Positions 10,595-21,794 of a stretch of DNA of 64,000 bases are shown here, in pieces. The DNA comes from an uncultured Methanosarcinaceae archaeon. Lineage in GTDB: Archaea; Halobacteriota; Methanosarcinia; Methanosarcinales; Methanosarcinaceae. The translations under genes and the position numbers were made by a program. Positions within the stretch are counted from its first letter, which is position 1; every line of letters begins with the position of its first letter. Under the pieces are notes generated by a model. The model saw nothing but the letters and a program-made list of their open reading frames with translations. It searched no databases and had not been told where the DNA came from. The stretch is from contig CAVRJG010000044.1 of the NCBI GenBank assembly GCA_963721455.1, positions 93,965 to 157,964 of the forward strand. Reading direction: 5' to 3'.

Positions 10595-11875
10595 TCACTT
10601 TTTCCTTTCATAGTCTTCGGATTTGAGGCCAGCCCTTTCGTCAAAAGACTTTACTGCCTCCAGCAAGTCCTGCTGGGTGAGTACTTTGCGTTCTTCCAGA
10701 AGAGCGCTCAGGACAGCTTCCCTTATGACCATACGCAAATCCGAACCTGAATATTCCTCTGTCAATTCCGCAATTTCCCCTGTATCAAAGTCCCCTTCGA
10801 TGTGCCGGGTTACGATGTTCAGGATATTTTTACGCATATCGAGGTCAGGGAGAGGGAAATGAACTATTTCGTCAAAACGCCTCCATGCCGCACTGTCAAG
10901 CATGCGGGGATGGTTGGTCGCGGCAATAAGGAGGACTCCATGCTCCACGAGGCTGATTTCGTCTATGGCCTTAAGAAGAGTATTGACTGCCCTCTTGATG
11001 GCAGCATTTTCGTCAGACGTCCTCGCTTTTGCCATGAAATCCAGCTCATCTATAAAAAGAATGCAGGGATTCAATTTCTTTGCAAGCAAAAAGACTCTGT
11101 CGATGTTCTTTGCAGTCTCACCAAGGTACTGATCTGTTATCATGGAGAGTTTGACCTCAACAAACGGAATGGAGAGTTGCTCTGAAAGCGCACGGGCAAC
11201 AGAGGTCTTTCCGGTTCCGGGAGGCCCGACGAAAAGAAGTTTTCCTATATCATGCAGGCCTATTTCCCGCAGGTATTCCCTGTGCTGGATGGCTTTCATG
11301 ATCTTTTCAATTTCGTTCTCCTGCTCCTTGGTGAGTACAAGATCCCTGATTTTTTGCTTTACATCCTCAGGGGCGACAATGACCACGAGTTTAAGCATCT
11401 CGTCACTTTTGTCTTCTTTCTTGATTTCAGCTATCAGGGACTCTACCCACTCCCTGTCAACTTCCTTTGGCCTTATTTTTGCCTTTGCAAGCGCATAATT
11501 TGCAGCTTTAACCTTCCTTATTTCTCCGAAATAGTAGGCCAAGACAGGGTTATTTTCAATCCGTTCCTGAGAACCTTCCTGCTTTTCAAGCCATTCCGCG
11601 GCAAGTTCGAAAGCACTCAGGCGAAGTTCAAAATGAGACTTATCAGTAACTATGAAAGGAACGTTCCTTACGATTTTTTCGAGGTCCTTAACCCCGTACA
11701 GTTTTTCGACCCTGATAAATGTAGCTGTAATGGGTTTGGGAACTGTTCTTTCTGTGCTGTTCCAGTAGTTTTTCCGAATATTCTTGGGGAGGTCGTTTAC
11801 ATCCAGCTCTGTATAGCGGTTATAGATCTCTGCGGTCAGCAGCAGTTCTACGATGTCTAGTATGGTGCCTGACAT
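10595..11875 (-). CDS. AAA+ ATPase
   Basis: GPPGTGKT Walker A, FIDELD Walker B, ATNHPRMLDSAAWRRFD second region of homology. Confidence 0.9.
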   Translation of the reverse strand: MSGTILDIVELLLTAEIYNRYTELDVNDLPKNIRKNYWNSTERTVPKPITATFIRVEKLYGVKDLEKIVRNVPFIVTDKSHFELRLSAFELAAEWLEKQEGSQERIENNPVLAYYFGEIRKVKAANYALAKAKIRPKEVDREWVESLIAEIKKEDKSDEMLKLVVIVAPEDVKQKIRDLVLTKEQENEIEKIMKAIQHREYLREIGLHDIGKLLFVGPPGTGKTSVARALSEQLSIPFVEVKLSMITDQYLGETAKNIDRVFLLAKKLNPCILFIDELDFMAKARTSDENAAIKRAVNTLLKAIDEISLVEHGVLLIAATNHPRMLDSAAWRRFDEIVHFPLPDLDMRKNILNIVTRHIEGDFDTGEIAELTEEYSGSDLRMVIREAVLSALLEERKVLTQQDLLEAVKSFDERAGLKSEDYERKK

Positions 11876-11910
11876 ATTTTTACCCGTTGCGTACTTAGAT
11901 TAGTCCATTA

Positions 11911-11950
11911 TCAAGTGTTGGGCACTCAAATCAAGTGTTGGGCACTCAAA
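11911..11950. repeat. Perfect 20-bp tandem duplication TCAAGTGTTGGGCACTCAAA x2
   Basis: Seen directly upstream of the AAA ATPase start. Confidence 0.9.
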
Positions 11951-12379
11951 TGCGGTAGGTTCTTAAATCTTTATTTAAGTTGCTAAACCTAGTAATTGAT
12001 TTTCTTCAAAGATAAAATTTACGAAGCAGCCGACAGTAAAGGGAGAAAGCCGGCTGGAGATGATAACTTTATCTAGCAGAAGACGTTATCATCTACTCTA
12101 TCTCTTTCGGGAATTAAGAGCACATTTTTTGGAAAAAGCCTCTGCGGGCTCCGGAAAACACCTCAATTCCCAGAGAGTGGTTGTGAATTCTGGAAATGAC
12201 CGGACCGCCTCCATGAAGTGTACTCGCTTTTCGGAGAGTATCCGATTTATTCGATTTGTTTCCGGAATGCCCAGCATTATCAAAACTTCTGCATTATCAG
12301 AACTCCTATATTAAAACTATCATTCCGAAGATCTCTCTATCTAAGGAAATCAAGAATTATCCCTAGAGAGGACCATTGC

Positions 12380-13093
12380 ATGACAAGAGAACAGCTCTAT
12401 TCAGGGAAAGCAAAAACTATCTACAAGACAGATGATCCTGACACCCTTATTGCCGAATTCCGAAATAGCCTGACTGCATTTAACGGAGAGAAAAAAGGGG
12501 AAATGGAAAAGAAAGGGTATTACAATGCCCAGATCTCAAAAAAGCTCTTTGAGATGCTCGAAGCAGAGGGAATTAAGACCCACTTTGTCGAAATGCTTTC
12601 AGACATTGATATGCTCGTGAAGAAAGTCGACATCATAAAAATCGAAGTCATTGTCAGGAACATTGCCGCAGGCTCGATTACGAAAAAATACCCGATGAAA
12701 GAAGGCACTGTTTTCAAATCTCCTGTGCTCGTTTTTGATTTCAAGAGCGATGAGTACGGAGACCCCATGCTGAATGACGATATTGCTCTTGCGCTTGGGC
12801 TTGCAACACGGGAGGAACTTGCTACACTCCGGAAACTCGCTCTGAGGGTCAACGAACTGCTTGTGCCCTATCTGGATGAAAAAGGTATCATGCTTCCTGA
12901 TTTCAAGCTGGAGTTCGGAAGAAGGGATGGAGATATTATCCTTGCAGACGAAATTTCCTGTGATACCTGCCGGTTCTGGGACAAGAAGACCGGGCAGTCC
13001 ATGGATAAAGATGTCTTCAGGTTTAACAAAGGCGACATTTCCAAAGCTTACGAGGAAGTTGCCCGGCGCATCGTGCCCGAAATATTTGAATAA
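12380..13093 (+). CDS. purC: SAICAR synthetase
   Basis: [45 protein letters not shown]. Confidence 0.95.
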   Translation: MTREQLYSGKAKTIYKTDDPDTLIAEFRNSLTAFNGEKKGEMEKKGYYNAQISKKLFEMLEAEGIKTHFVEMLSDIDMLVKKVDIIKIEVIVRNIAAGSITKKYPMKEGTVFKSPVLVFDFKSDEYGDPMLNDDIALALGLATREELATLRKLALRVNELLVPYLDEKGIMLPDFKLEFGRRDGDIILADEISCDTCRFWDKKTGQSMDKDVFRFNKGDISKAYEEVARRIVPEIFE

Positions 13094-13246
13094 ATCTGAT
13101 AAAAGTCTGCAAGCTTGAATAAGCCTGATAAGGCGTGGAAGCTTGAGTAAACCTGATAAAAACCTTCAAAGGCTTCTTTATTAATTTTTTAATAAAAATT
13201 CTTTTTACTTACACTATTTTGTTTTTAACTTTAGCTTTTAACTTTA

Positions 13247-14473
13247 TTATGCCTTAAAAAAGAAATCCAGCGTAGTTTGAAAACGGAAGTCAGAAAGCAT
13301 CCTTGCCTGCTGCACCCATTCTGCTTTCGGTGTGCTTACCCTGCCTGCAAGGTCTGAAACTGCTGCTTCGAGAGAATCGAATTTTTTTGGAGGGTTTCGG
13401 AGAGCGTTTCTCATGCCTTCCCTGACAACCCAGACCCCAAGGGGAGCCCAGTAATCCGGAGTTATTTCCCTGAGCACGAAAACAGAAGCCTGTCTTTTGA
13501 TTTCCGTAAGGTACTCAAGCACAGGCAGCCTTGCGGCATAATAACCTCCTGCCAGGGGAGAATATCCTTTTTTCCCTTCATGACCCTCACTGTCTTCCCC
13601 AATACAGCTTGATTCTCCAGACCAGACTGCTTTTGGGAGCCAGATTTCAATCAGTTCGAAGGAATAGGCCCTGGGAAGGATAAGGACTTCAAAATGGTTC
13701 CCGAAATGAGTCCCGCTAAAAAGCTGGATTTCCGAAATCCATGAAAAGTCTTTTATGCGGTCTGCAAGTTCCTTTCCCGCCATATTATCCACGGCTGTGA
13801 TTGACCAGCGAGTGGGCACGATTTTTCGTTCTTTTCCGAGCAGGCCAATTGAAAGCAGGCGTGTAATGTGTTCAGCCGAGACATCCCCTTTGTAGAGTTC
13901 AACAACAGCGTCTTTGGCCAGGGCGTCAGTATCATAGACAAGATAATCCACTTTTTTTGGGACATTCGGATTTTCTGCAAGCTCAAAGTTTTTCACAAGG
14001 CCGGAAGGGCCCATAGGTGTGAGCACTGCATCGAATTTGAGCTCCTGTTTTGGAGTTTTGAAAAACCAGGCTTCAGTATCCACCGGCTTTCTGGAGAGAG
14101 CAAGCTCCTGAGCCTTTACAAGGAGGGGGTTTTCTTTGCTGCGTGCATCCTTTACATGCAGATTTGTGTTTGCCCTGACCAGACGGGAACGCATGGAGAT
14201 TATGTCTTCAATCTGCATGTTCGCCCAGGCTGAAGGATCTTCAAAAAGGGAGGCTTCGTTATCCTTTGCTAAAGGGGGAATGAGTGGGCCCGCAGACACC
14301 CTGGGGTAACCATAGCTTCCAACAAAAATAGCAGGGGGAGATGCTCCAAAAACAGAATCTCCTGAGATCACAGGAGCAATCGATTGTAAGGACTTAAATT
14401 TTACAAGGATTGGGCAGCGGGGACGCCCGCAAAGTCCTTTTCCTTTACATTTAATACACAATGTGCCATTCAC
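13247..14473 (-). CDS. nreA: Nre family DNA repair protein
   Basis: N-terminal CxxC...CGRPRCP, VPTRWSITAVD, GGYYAARL, C-terminal PIP box QTTLDFF. Confidence 0.88.
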   Translation of the reverse strand: MNGTLCIKCKGKGLCGRPRCPILVKFKSLQSIAPVISGDSVFGASPPAIFVGSYGYPRVSAGPLIPPLAKDNEASLFEDPSAWANMQIEDIISMRSRLVRANTNLHVKDARSKENPLLVKAQELALSRKPVDTEAWFFKTPKQELKFDAVLTPMGPSGLVKNFELAENPNVPKKVDYLVYDTDALAKDAVVELYKGDVSAEHITRLLSIGLLGKERKIVPTRWSITAVDNMAGKELADRIKDFSWISEIQLFSGTHFGNHFEVLILPRAYSFELIEIWLPKAVWSGESSCIGEDSEGHEGKKGYSPLAGGYYAARLPVLEYLTEIKRQASVFVLREITPDYWAPLGVWVVREGMRNALRNPPKKFDSLEAAVSDLAGRVSTPKAEWVQQARMLSDFRFQTTLDFFFKA

Positions 14474-14835
14474 TTTAAATCCGTATCCTCACATATGATA
14501 CAGGCTTTAGCTTCAGGAGCATTCCTGTACAGCCAGCCGGATTTCTGAACAAAGCTGCAAATACCGCACATACCTTTTGCCTTTTCCGGAGAGGACAGAC
14601 CTTGACTTAGAAGCACTGAAGCAAATTTTCGAATCTCGTACTGAGTCTCCTCGGAAAAACCAACCTCAGCCCCACGTTTTTCACTCACGTACTGGGATAC
14701 CGCAGCCCTTGAAAGCTCCAGAGTGTCCGCTACATCCTGCTGCGTGCACCCATGATCAAAAATCATTGTCCTGGAAAGCTCGGCCCGGATTGCGGGCAAG
14801 ACTTTCTGCACCATAATTTCACATGTTGTTTTCAT
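14470..14835 (-). CDS. HTH transcriptional regulator
   Basis: CEIMVQKVLPAIRAEL...TQQDVADTLELSRAAVSQYVSEKRG. Confidence 0.8.
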   Translation of the reverse strand: MKTTCEIMVQKVLPAIRAELSRTMIFDHGCTQQDVADTLELSRAAVSQYVSEKRGAEVGFSEETQYEIRKFASVLLSQGLSSPEKAKGMCGICSFVQKSGWLYRNAPEAKACIICEDTDLK

Positions 14836-15059
14836 GGGAGACCAACACCTGCATATACAAGAAAAGTTTACGAAACGTACCCGTCTGACCAATTATATAC
14901 CCGGGTATTTGTGTTTTTCGATCAGGAACCACGTCTCCCTCGATACACCTCATAGAAAATGCATGCTATCGAAAAACCGGCAAAAATATATACAATTCCG
15001 AACCTGGAAATGTCACTACCATTTCTCAGGCCCGGTCTACCATGGGGGCTGGTCAGAGT

Positions 15060-15368
15060 TTAGTTTTTAATTTGCTCAGCAGAGAAACCCTTTTCCATGA
15101 GGACTTCTTTCATGCGGGTCAGATGGTTACCCTGAAGTTCCACAGTATTTCCTTTTACTGTACCCCCGCATGCAAACTTTGATTTAAGATAAGTTGACAG
15201 TTCATGAAGATCGATTTCACTGGCGTCGAAACCTTCTACAACGGTAACTTCTTTTCCGTATCTTCGTCTGTTAACTTTTACAGTAATTCTCTGTTGCTCT
15301 TTTGCAACCTCTTCGCATATGCAAAGTTCTTTTGGAAGCCCGCATACCGGGCACATTCCGCTGCTCAT
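15060..15368 (-). CDS. SUI1/aIF1 (YciH-like) translation initiation factor
   Basis: [12 protein letters not shown]...[12 protein letters not shown]...LQGNH. Confidence 0.93.
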   Translation of the reverse strand: MSSGMCPVCGLPKELCICEEVAKEQQRITVKVNRRRYGKEVTVVEGFDASEIDLHELSTYLKSKFACGGTVKGNTVELQGNHLTRMKEVLMEKGFSAEQIKN

Positions 15369-15906
15369 TTGTTGGTATATCCTCCAAATTTGTAATCATT
15401 GTTTATGTAATTTACATCTGAAAATAACTGAATAGATATAAAGTACTTATCAATGATGATATTAAAGCCTAATGGTATTTTTCAGGCACTTTATGCTGAA
15501 TTTCAGTTAATAGCCAGAAATTCCCAATCGCATAAAAAGCCAGCCAGGGCTTTGTTGTTTTTCAATTTATTTATATTAAATAGTATATAAGTTTATAGAG
15601 TAAAATTTAATTAAAATTTAATAATAGGGTGTTGATTAAAGAATGCAGACATCAAGCGAAAAAGCTGGAGTTCTAAGGAGTATTCCAGGGGTAAACGCTC
15701 AGGAACTGAGTTTCAAGCCGAAAAGGAAAGACCCGAAAATCTCCATCTTTGCCATAAAGAGCTTTTCTTAGCCAGCAAGAAGTTAGATATATCTTGAATT
15801 CCATCTCTTCCTATAACCTATATAACCACATATATATGCACTTCTATTATATAAATATATTAGTATAAAATTGTTGAATAAAGTCGTGAATATCCGGGGG
15901 CACCTG

Positions 15907-16146
15907 ATGAACGAATTAATAGGTTTTGTAAACGGAAATAATGTAAGGCAAAAAGTGCTCTCCTTACTTTCCTCAAAAGGAGAAATGGAAGGAAAAAGAA
16001 TATCAAAGACCCTGAGAGTAGTATATCCAACCATCGCAAAAACTCTCGAAGAACTTGAGGAGAAAGAATTAATCACAAAAAAGGAAGAAATGTACTCCCT
16101 GACCGAAACCGGAGTAAAAGTGGAAAAAATGATCCAGCAAATCTAA
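15907..16146 (+). CDS. Small winged-helix DNA-binding protein
   Basis: RQKVLSLL...TIAKTLEELEEKELI...YSLTETG. Confidence 0.75.
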   Translation: MNELIGFVNGNNVRQKVLSLLSSKGEMEGKRISKTLRVVYPTIAKTLEELEEKELITKKEEMYSLTETGVKVEKMIQQI

Positions 16147-16493
16147 TTTTTATCCACTTTATTTTAATTAAATCTACTTTTTTTTATCAGGGTCTTTTCC
16201 CAAAACCAATTTTACTCTCAATCAGTAAGAGTCTCAGGACCATCTTTCATGATAATCATGAGAAGAAACTCGACTGATTATTCGTAATAAGAGATTCAGA
16301 GAAGAAATTATGAATTTCTGGATCAGCTCTGACTTATTTCCTTTCATCCAGTTCAATACTACTTTTCATCCAGTTCTACTTTTGTTCACTCAGTATAATA
16401 TTTTTGCAGAAAAAAATGGATAAGGAAAATTCACTTTAGACTTATAACCAAGGAAAATACGTAAAACACGGAAAATTTCTGTCCCATAACTTA

Positions 16494-16737
16494 GTCCTCT
16501 CGAGCGAAGCGAGAAGGACAGCGCACTGCAGAGCCGCAACTCTGCCGAGAAGGACCGCGTACTGTTGCGATTACATCGCAACTCCCAGAAAATCTCCGAT
16601 TTCCTGTGATCCCGAGGCGCAATTCGGGGAGCGAAGCAAAAAGGGCTCCGTCCTCCCGAGACAGGACTCGGGCGGGTTAGAAATATTTATCTAATCCTTG
16701 TCCCTTTATGTCGGCATAGTCTGTTAACGCTACACTG
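16494..16737. repeat. GC-rich multi-hairpin intergenic element (REP/MITE-like or structured RNA)
   Basis: At least 6 stem-loops (e.g. GTTGCGAT-TAC-ATCGCAAC, GCAGAG-CCGCAA-CTCTGC, CCCGAG-ACAGGA-CTCGGG), two GCGAAGC motifs and an internal direct repeat GAGAAGGACnGCGnACTG. Confidence 0.6.
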
Positions 16738-16822
16738 AAAATCCCGAATTTCAAGGAATGATTTATCAGAAAAAACCGAAGCTTCGGCATCCAAAAAAGG
16801 ATTAAGAATCAGAGGCAAGGCA

Positions 16823-18970
16823 ATGTTACCTGAAGAAGACCTTAAGATCATAAAAAAAGAACTCGGGCGAGAGCCCACCCTGGTAGAACAGGGCTGCTTT
16901 TTAAATCTTTGGAGCGAACACTGCTCCTACCGCTCAAGTGCTCCTCTCCTGAAAACCTTCACTACTACGGGCGAAAATGTAATTATCGGCCCCGGGGACG
17001 ATGCTGCAATCATAAAATTCGAAGATGGATACGTACTTGCCATAGGAATGGAAAGCCACAACCACCCTTCATATGTAGACCCTTACAACGGAGCAGCGAC
17101 GGGTATAGGAGGCATCGTGCGGGATATAATTTCCATGGGAGCCCGCCCTATAGCCCTTATGGACCCCCTCTATTTCGGGCCTCTGGACACCCCAAAAAAT
17201 CTATTTCTTTTCGAGCAGATAATTAAGGGAATTGCAGGGTATGGAAATTGCATAGGAGTGCCTGTGGTCAATGGTGAGACTTTCTTTGACAGGAAATACA
17301 GCGGAAATCCGCTTGTAAACGTGGTTGCAGTCGGGCTGTGCCGGGAAGAAACTATCGTGACTGCCCGCTCCCAGAAAGCCGGAAACAAGCTTGTGCTTGC
17401 AGGTTCCAGCACAGGAAAAGACGGACTTGGAGGAGCTTCCTTTGCTTCAAGGGACCTTTCCGAATCAGCCGAAGCCGAAGACCGCCCAAGCGTCCAGGTT
17501 GGAGATCCGTATACCGAAAAACTTGTAATAGAAATGACCCTGGAAGCCATAGATAAAGGCTATGTAAAATCCTGCAAGGACCTTGGAGCTGCCGGTCTTG
17601 GTGGAGCAAGTTCGGAACTGGCTGTAAAGGGAGGGCTTGGAGCCCGTATTATTACAGATGCAGTGCCCCAGCGCGAACCCAATATGAACGCCTATGAAAT
17701 CCTGCTTGCCGAGTCTCAGGAACGCATGCTCTTTGAAGTAGCCCCTGAAAACGTCGATGCCGTACTTGCTCTGGTCTCAAAGTATGACCTTAATGGGGCT
17801 GTAGTTGGGTATCTGACAGACGAGCCAAATTATACAGTTGAATTCAGGGGAGAAATCGTTGCTGACATTCCGATCGGTTTCCTGACCGGAGGAGCCCCGA
17901 CCTGCGAGAAGCCGTCGATAGCCCCTGCTCCCCAGACTGAAGAAGGCAAAAAACCCGAAACTCCGGAAGACCTGAAAGCAGCTTTCCTGAAAGTCCTGTC
18001 CTCCCATAACATTGCCTCAAAAGAATGGATCTACAGACAATACGACCATGAGGTTCAGTTGAGAACGGTTGCCAAACCCGGAGAAGACTCTGGTGTGCTC
18101 AGGATTACCGATAAGAAAGGAATTGCACTCTCCTGTGGCTGCCAGCCAAGAGCTACCCTTCTTGACCCCTACAACGGGGGAAAGACCGCGATCATCGAAA
18201 ACGCCATGAACCTTGCAGTAAAAGGTGCGGAAGGGCTTGCCATTGTAAACTGCCTGAACTTTGGAAACCCCGACCGTCCGGAAATTTACTGGCAGTTTAA
18301 AAACGCCGTACTTGGCCTTGGAGACGCGGCCAGAGAACTCTCAATTCCAGTAGTGGGAGGAAATGTTTCTCTTTATAACGAAAGCGACGAGTTTAAGACT
18401 GCAATTCCCCCAACCCCTTCGATAGGGATGATAGGGAAAGTAGACCTTGAAACTCCCCTTCCCTCGGGTTTCTTTGCAAAATCCGGAGACAGCATTATCC
18501 TGGTAGGAGAAACAACGGCGGACATGGGTGGTTCCGAATATTATGCCTGCTTCGGTGCCCAGAATGCAGGAAAAGTTCCTCCTGTCCCGAAAAATGCCCA
18601 GGGGATAATAAAAGCAGTTATCGAAGCTGTCAAGAGCGGAAAACTCAGTTCGGCACATGACCTTTCCCTTGGAGGGATTGCTGCAGGGCTTGCAAAGATG
18701 TGTAGAGATGCCGGTGCAAAAGTAAACCTGAGTGAAATTGCAGAAATGAAAGCTGATGAACTTTTGTTCTCAGAAGCTCCCGCAAGAGCTCTGCTTGCTA
18801 CAGGCGAGCCCGACGCTGTACTGGAAATCCTCAAAAATGTACCTCACACAGTCATCGGCAAGGTTGAAGGCAATACCCTGGAAATCAAAGGAAACGATTT
18901 TGAGAGTTTTCTTTCCCTGAAAGAGATTTCGGAAGCATATGGCAGCCTTACAAAATTTATGATGGGGTAA
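16823..18970 (+). CDS. purL: Phosphoribosylformylglycinamidine synthase subunit PurL
   Basis: [38 protein letters not shown]. Confidence 0.96.
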   Translation: MLPEEDLKIIKKELGREPTLVEQGCFLNLWSEHCSYRSSAPLLKTFTTTGENVIIGPGDDAAIIKFEDGYVLAIGMESHNHPSYVDPYNGAATGIGGIVRDIISMGARPIALMDPLYFGPLDTPKNLFLFEQIIKGIAGYGNCIGVPVVNGETFFDRKYSGNPLVNVVAVGLCREETIVTARSQKAGNKLVLAGSSTGKDGLGGASFASRDLSESAEAEDRPSVQVGDPYTEKLVIEMTLEAIDKGYVKSCKDLGAAGLGGASSELAVKGGLGARIITDAVPQREPNMNAYEILLAESQERMLFEVAPENVDAVLALVSKYDLNGAVVGYLTDEPNYTVEFRGEIVADIPIGFLTGGAPTCEKPSIAPAPQTEEGKKPETPEDLKAAFLKVLSSHNIASKEWIYRQYDHEVQLRTVAKPGEDSGVLRITDKKGIALSCGCQPRATLLDPYNGGKTAIIENAMNLAVKGAEGLAIVNCLNFGNPDRPEIYWQFKNAVLGLGDAARELSIPVVGGNVSLYNESDEFKTAIPPTPSIGMIGKVDLETPLPSGFFAKSGDSIILVGETTADMGGSEYYACFGAQNAGKVPPVPKNAQGIIKAVIEAVKSGKLSSAHDLSLGGIAAGLAKMCRDAGAKVNLSEIAEMKADELLFSEAPARALLATGEPDAVLEILKNVPHTVIGKVEGNTLEIKGNDFESFLSLKEISEAYGSLTKFMMG

Positions 18971-19425
18971 GATCTCATCTTTCTTTTTAACCTGTTATTT
19001 TTTATACGAGCTCCTGTTTCAGACAGGGAAGCAGTAATCGAGGCGTTGAAAGCTCAGGGCAAGTGACAGGAAGAAAATCACACTGGGAATAAAACAAACG
19101 ATAACGGAATGATAAAGAATACAGGAACATCCGGCAAGCAGAAAGTGAACTCTAATTTTACTGAGAAATCAAACACTACTCCTTTTATAAGCCCTGTCTG
19201 GGTACTTGCAGCGATGCTGGGGGCAGTCACGTCTGTAAGCCTGCCAATTACCAGGAGCAAAAATCTAATGCAAGAAAAAATTATACTGCTTTTGAACAGG
19301 AGAGTCGAAATTAAAATAATTACAAGTTCGTCCTTATCTGTGGTATTTTTCCGATTCCACTGTAAAGTGCAAAATTGGATTCAAACAATAGTTTTTAGTA
19401 GGTTTCCGCACTAGATTACTTTGTT

Positions 19426-20562
19426 ATGAAAGCTGTATGCATCTGTATGGGAGTGCATCTGCCTTACAGTCCCAAGTGGTACTGGCCTGTAGAGGGTTTT
19501 TCCGGGGTGCCTGAAATGGACCGGTATTTTGACCGGAATCATATTTTTTCAAGATTTTTAAAAACAAGCAGACAAGTTCTACGTCTTAATGACCTGATTC
19601 TGGAGTCCGTGGAAAAAGGAGGGAAATACTCCTTTGATCTATCCGGGCCGTTTCTTGAACAATGCAGGTGGGACTCTGAAATTCTCGAATCTTTCCTCGA
19701 ACTCGGGGAAAGCGGAAGTGTGGAATTTACAGGGAGTTGCAGTTATCATTCCCTGAGTTCGCTGTATCCCGATCTTTCCTGGTTTAAGGAGGAAGTGCTC
19801 AACCACAGGGAAATGCTTCGGGACCTGTTAGGAGTTACCCCGGAGACTTTTGTAAATACCGAACTCCTGTACACTGAAAGGGTAGAAAGCATGCTTGCTG
19901 AGATGGGTTTCAGCTGCCTTATCGCCGAAGGGTCCAGGAACCTTATGAATGGATATGACCCTGTACACGTTTTTGAAAACCACCTTCCGACTCTGTTAAG
20001 GCATATAAACCTTAGCGAAGATCTTGAGCTGCGTTTTTCGGAAAAAAACTGGGAAGGGTACCCCCTTATTCCGGAAAAGTTCGCGGACTGGATTGCCAGT
20101 ATGGAAGGGGACGTCCTGACCCTTTATTTAAATTATACAAATCTCTGCCTTCATTACAGGAATAAGAGTACGATAGCAGATTTTATCCGGAGTTTTCCGG
20201 AGGCCCTCAAAGTCCGGGGTATTGAAATGCTTACACCGTCTGAAGCCGTAAAGAGGTTTGCGCCTTTAAGGCTCCCCACCCTGGGAACCGAACAAACGAT
20301 CCGTTATGGAATGAATAACGCAGTAGGAAACCATGCCCAGCAGCTTTACCTGCGGGAACTGGTAAGAGTTGGAGATGAACTCTCGGGGCTTAAGGAAAAT
20401 AAGGATTACCGGAAACTGAAACAGGTATTTGGTTATCTCCAGCAGAGCGAAATACTCTTTTCTATGGACTCTGGAAACATAAGGGAAGGGTATGAAAGGG
20501 CTGTAAATTATTTTTCCATCCTGTCCGATTTCAGGAGAGCTGTCCTGGAGGAGGGAGCATGA
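19426..20562 (+). CDS. GH57 alpha-amylase-like protein (probably non-catalytic)
   Basis: YHSLSSL and NTELLY present; the acid/base motif is degenerate (LNYTNL versus MDYETFGEH). Confidence 0.75.
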   Translation: MKAVCICMGVHLPYSPKWYWPVEGFSGVPEMDRYFDRNHIFSRFLKTSRQVLRLNDLILESVEKGGKYSFDLSGPFLEQCRWDSEILESFLELGESGSVEFTGSCSYHSLSSLYPDLSWFKEEVLNHREMLRDLLGVTPETFVNTELLYTERVESMLAEMGFSCLIAEGSRNLMNGYDPVHVFENHLPTLLRHINLSEDLELRFSEKNWEGYPLIPEKFADWIASMEGDVLTLYLNYTNLCLHYRNKSTIADFIRSFPEALKVRGIEMLTPSEAVKRFAPLRLPTLGTEQTIRYGMNNAVGNHAQQLYLRELVRVGDELSGLKENKDYRKLKQVFGYLQQSEILFSMDSGNIREGYERAVNYFSILSDFRRAVLEEGA

Positions 20563-21755
20563 CCTCAGTTTGCATGTGTTTCCAGGTGCATCAGCCGTTC
20601 AGGCTGCGCAGGTTCTGGCCTGATGACAGGTCAGGTTTTTTCCGTTATTTTGACGAGAGAAGCAACAAGGAGATCTTTGAAAGAGTAGCCCGGAAATGCT
20701 ATATCCCTGCAAACAGAGTCCTTCTGGATTCTCTTGATGAGTATAGAGGAGAGTTCAGGTTTTCTCTTTCTGTTACAGGAACGCTGCTCGAACAATGCGA
20801 ACTCTGGGGAAAAGAGGTGCTTGAAGGCTTCCGGCAGATGGCGGAAACAGGAGCAGTGGAATTCCTGGACGAGACATTTTATCATTCCCTCTCAAGCCTT
20901 TTTGAAGACAAAACAGAATTTATCGAAGAGATAAAGGAACACAGAGAACTTGTATTTGACCTTCTGGGGGTTAAACCTCAGGCATTCCGGAATACCGAAC
21001 TGCTCTACAATAATACAATAGCAAAGATTGTTTCGGATCTCGGTTACCGGGCAATTCTTACTGAAGGCGCGGACCATATGCTTGACGGAAGGTCTCCTAA
21101 TGTGCTTTACAGAGCAAAAGGTTCAGGACTCCCCATTATCTTCAGGAACTATAAGCTGAGTGACGATATCGGATACCGCTTTTCGGCAAGGTGGTGGGAA
21201 GGGTACCCTTTGACTGCGGAAAAATGGGCATCATGGGCTTCAGGGATTAACGAAGATTGCGTTAATATCTTTATGGATTATGAGACCTTTGGAGAGCACC
21301 AGTGGGAAGAAACCGGAATTTTTACATTTCTGCAAGAACTGCCTGGAGAAGTCCTCAAGACTCGCCTGAATTTCAGCACTCCTCTCGAGATTGTCGAAAA
21401 ATACTCATCTGTAGCCGAGATAGATGTAGGGGATTTTTCCACAATTTCCTGGGCTGATACGGAACGTGATACCAGCGCATGGCTTGGAAACGATATGCAA
21501 AGACGTTGTTTTGAAGAGATGAAACTGCTTGAGCCCTTTGTAAAAAAAACAGGAGATCCTGAAATCTTACGTATATGGAAACACCTGCTGACCTCGGACC
21601 ACTATTATTATATGTGTACCAAGTGGCTCGGGGATGGGGACGTACATTCTTATTTCAGCGTGCACTCCACACCTTTCGATGCAGCAGTCAATTTCATGGC
21701 CGTACTTATGGATTTCAAAGCCCAGGTATTCAGGAAACTTAGCGCAATAGCTTAA
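20559..21755 (+). CDS. GH57 alpha-amylase
   Basis: FQVHQP, ETFYHSL, RNTELLY, LSDDIGYRF, MDYETFGEH, TSDHYYYM. Confidence 0.9.
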   Translation: MTSVCMCFQVHQPFRLRRFWPDDRSGFFRYFDERSNKEIFERVARKCYIPANRVLLDSLDEYRGEFRFSLSVTGTLLEQCELWGKEVLEGFRQMAETGAVEFLDETFYHSLSSLFEDKTEFIEEIKEHRELVFDLLGVKPQAFRNTELLYNNTIAKIVSDLGYRAILTEGADHMLDGRSPNVLYRAKGSGLPIIFRNYKLSDDIGYRFSARWWEGYPLTAEKWASWASGINEDCVNIFMDYETFGEHQWEETGIFTFLQELPGEVLKTRLNFSTPLEIVEKYSSVAEIDVGDFSTISWADTERDTSAWLGNDMQRRCFEEMKLLEPFVKKTGDPEILRIWKHLLTSDHYYYMCTKWLGDGDVHSYFSVHSTPFDAAVNFMAVLMDFKAQVFRKLSAIA

Positions 21756-21794
21756 TGAAATATACACATATTAATTCGTGGGAGTTTGAGTCAC

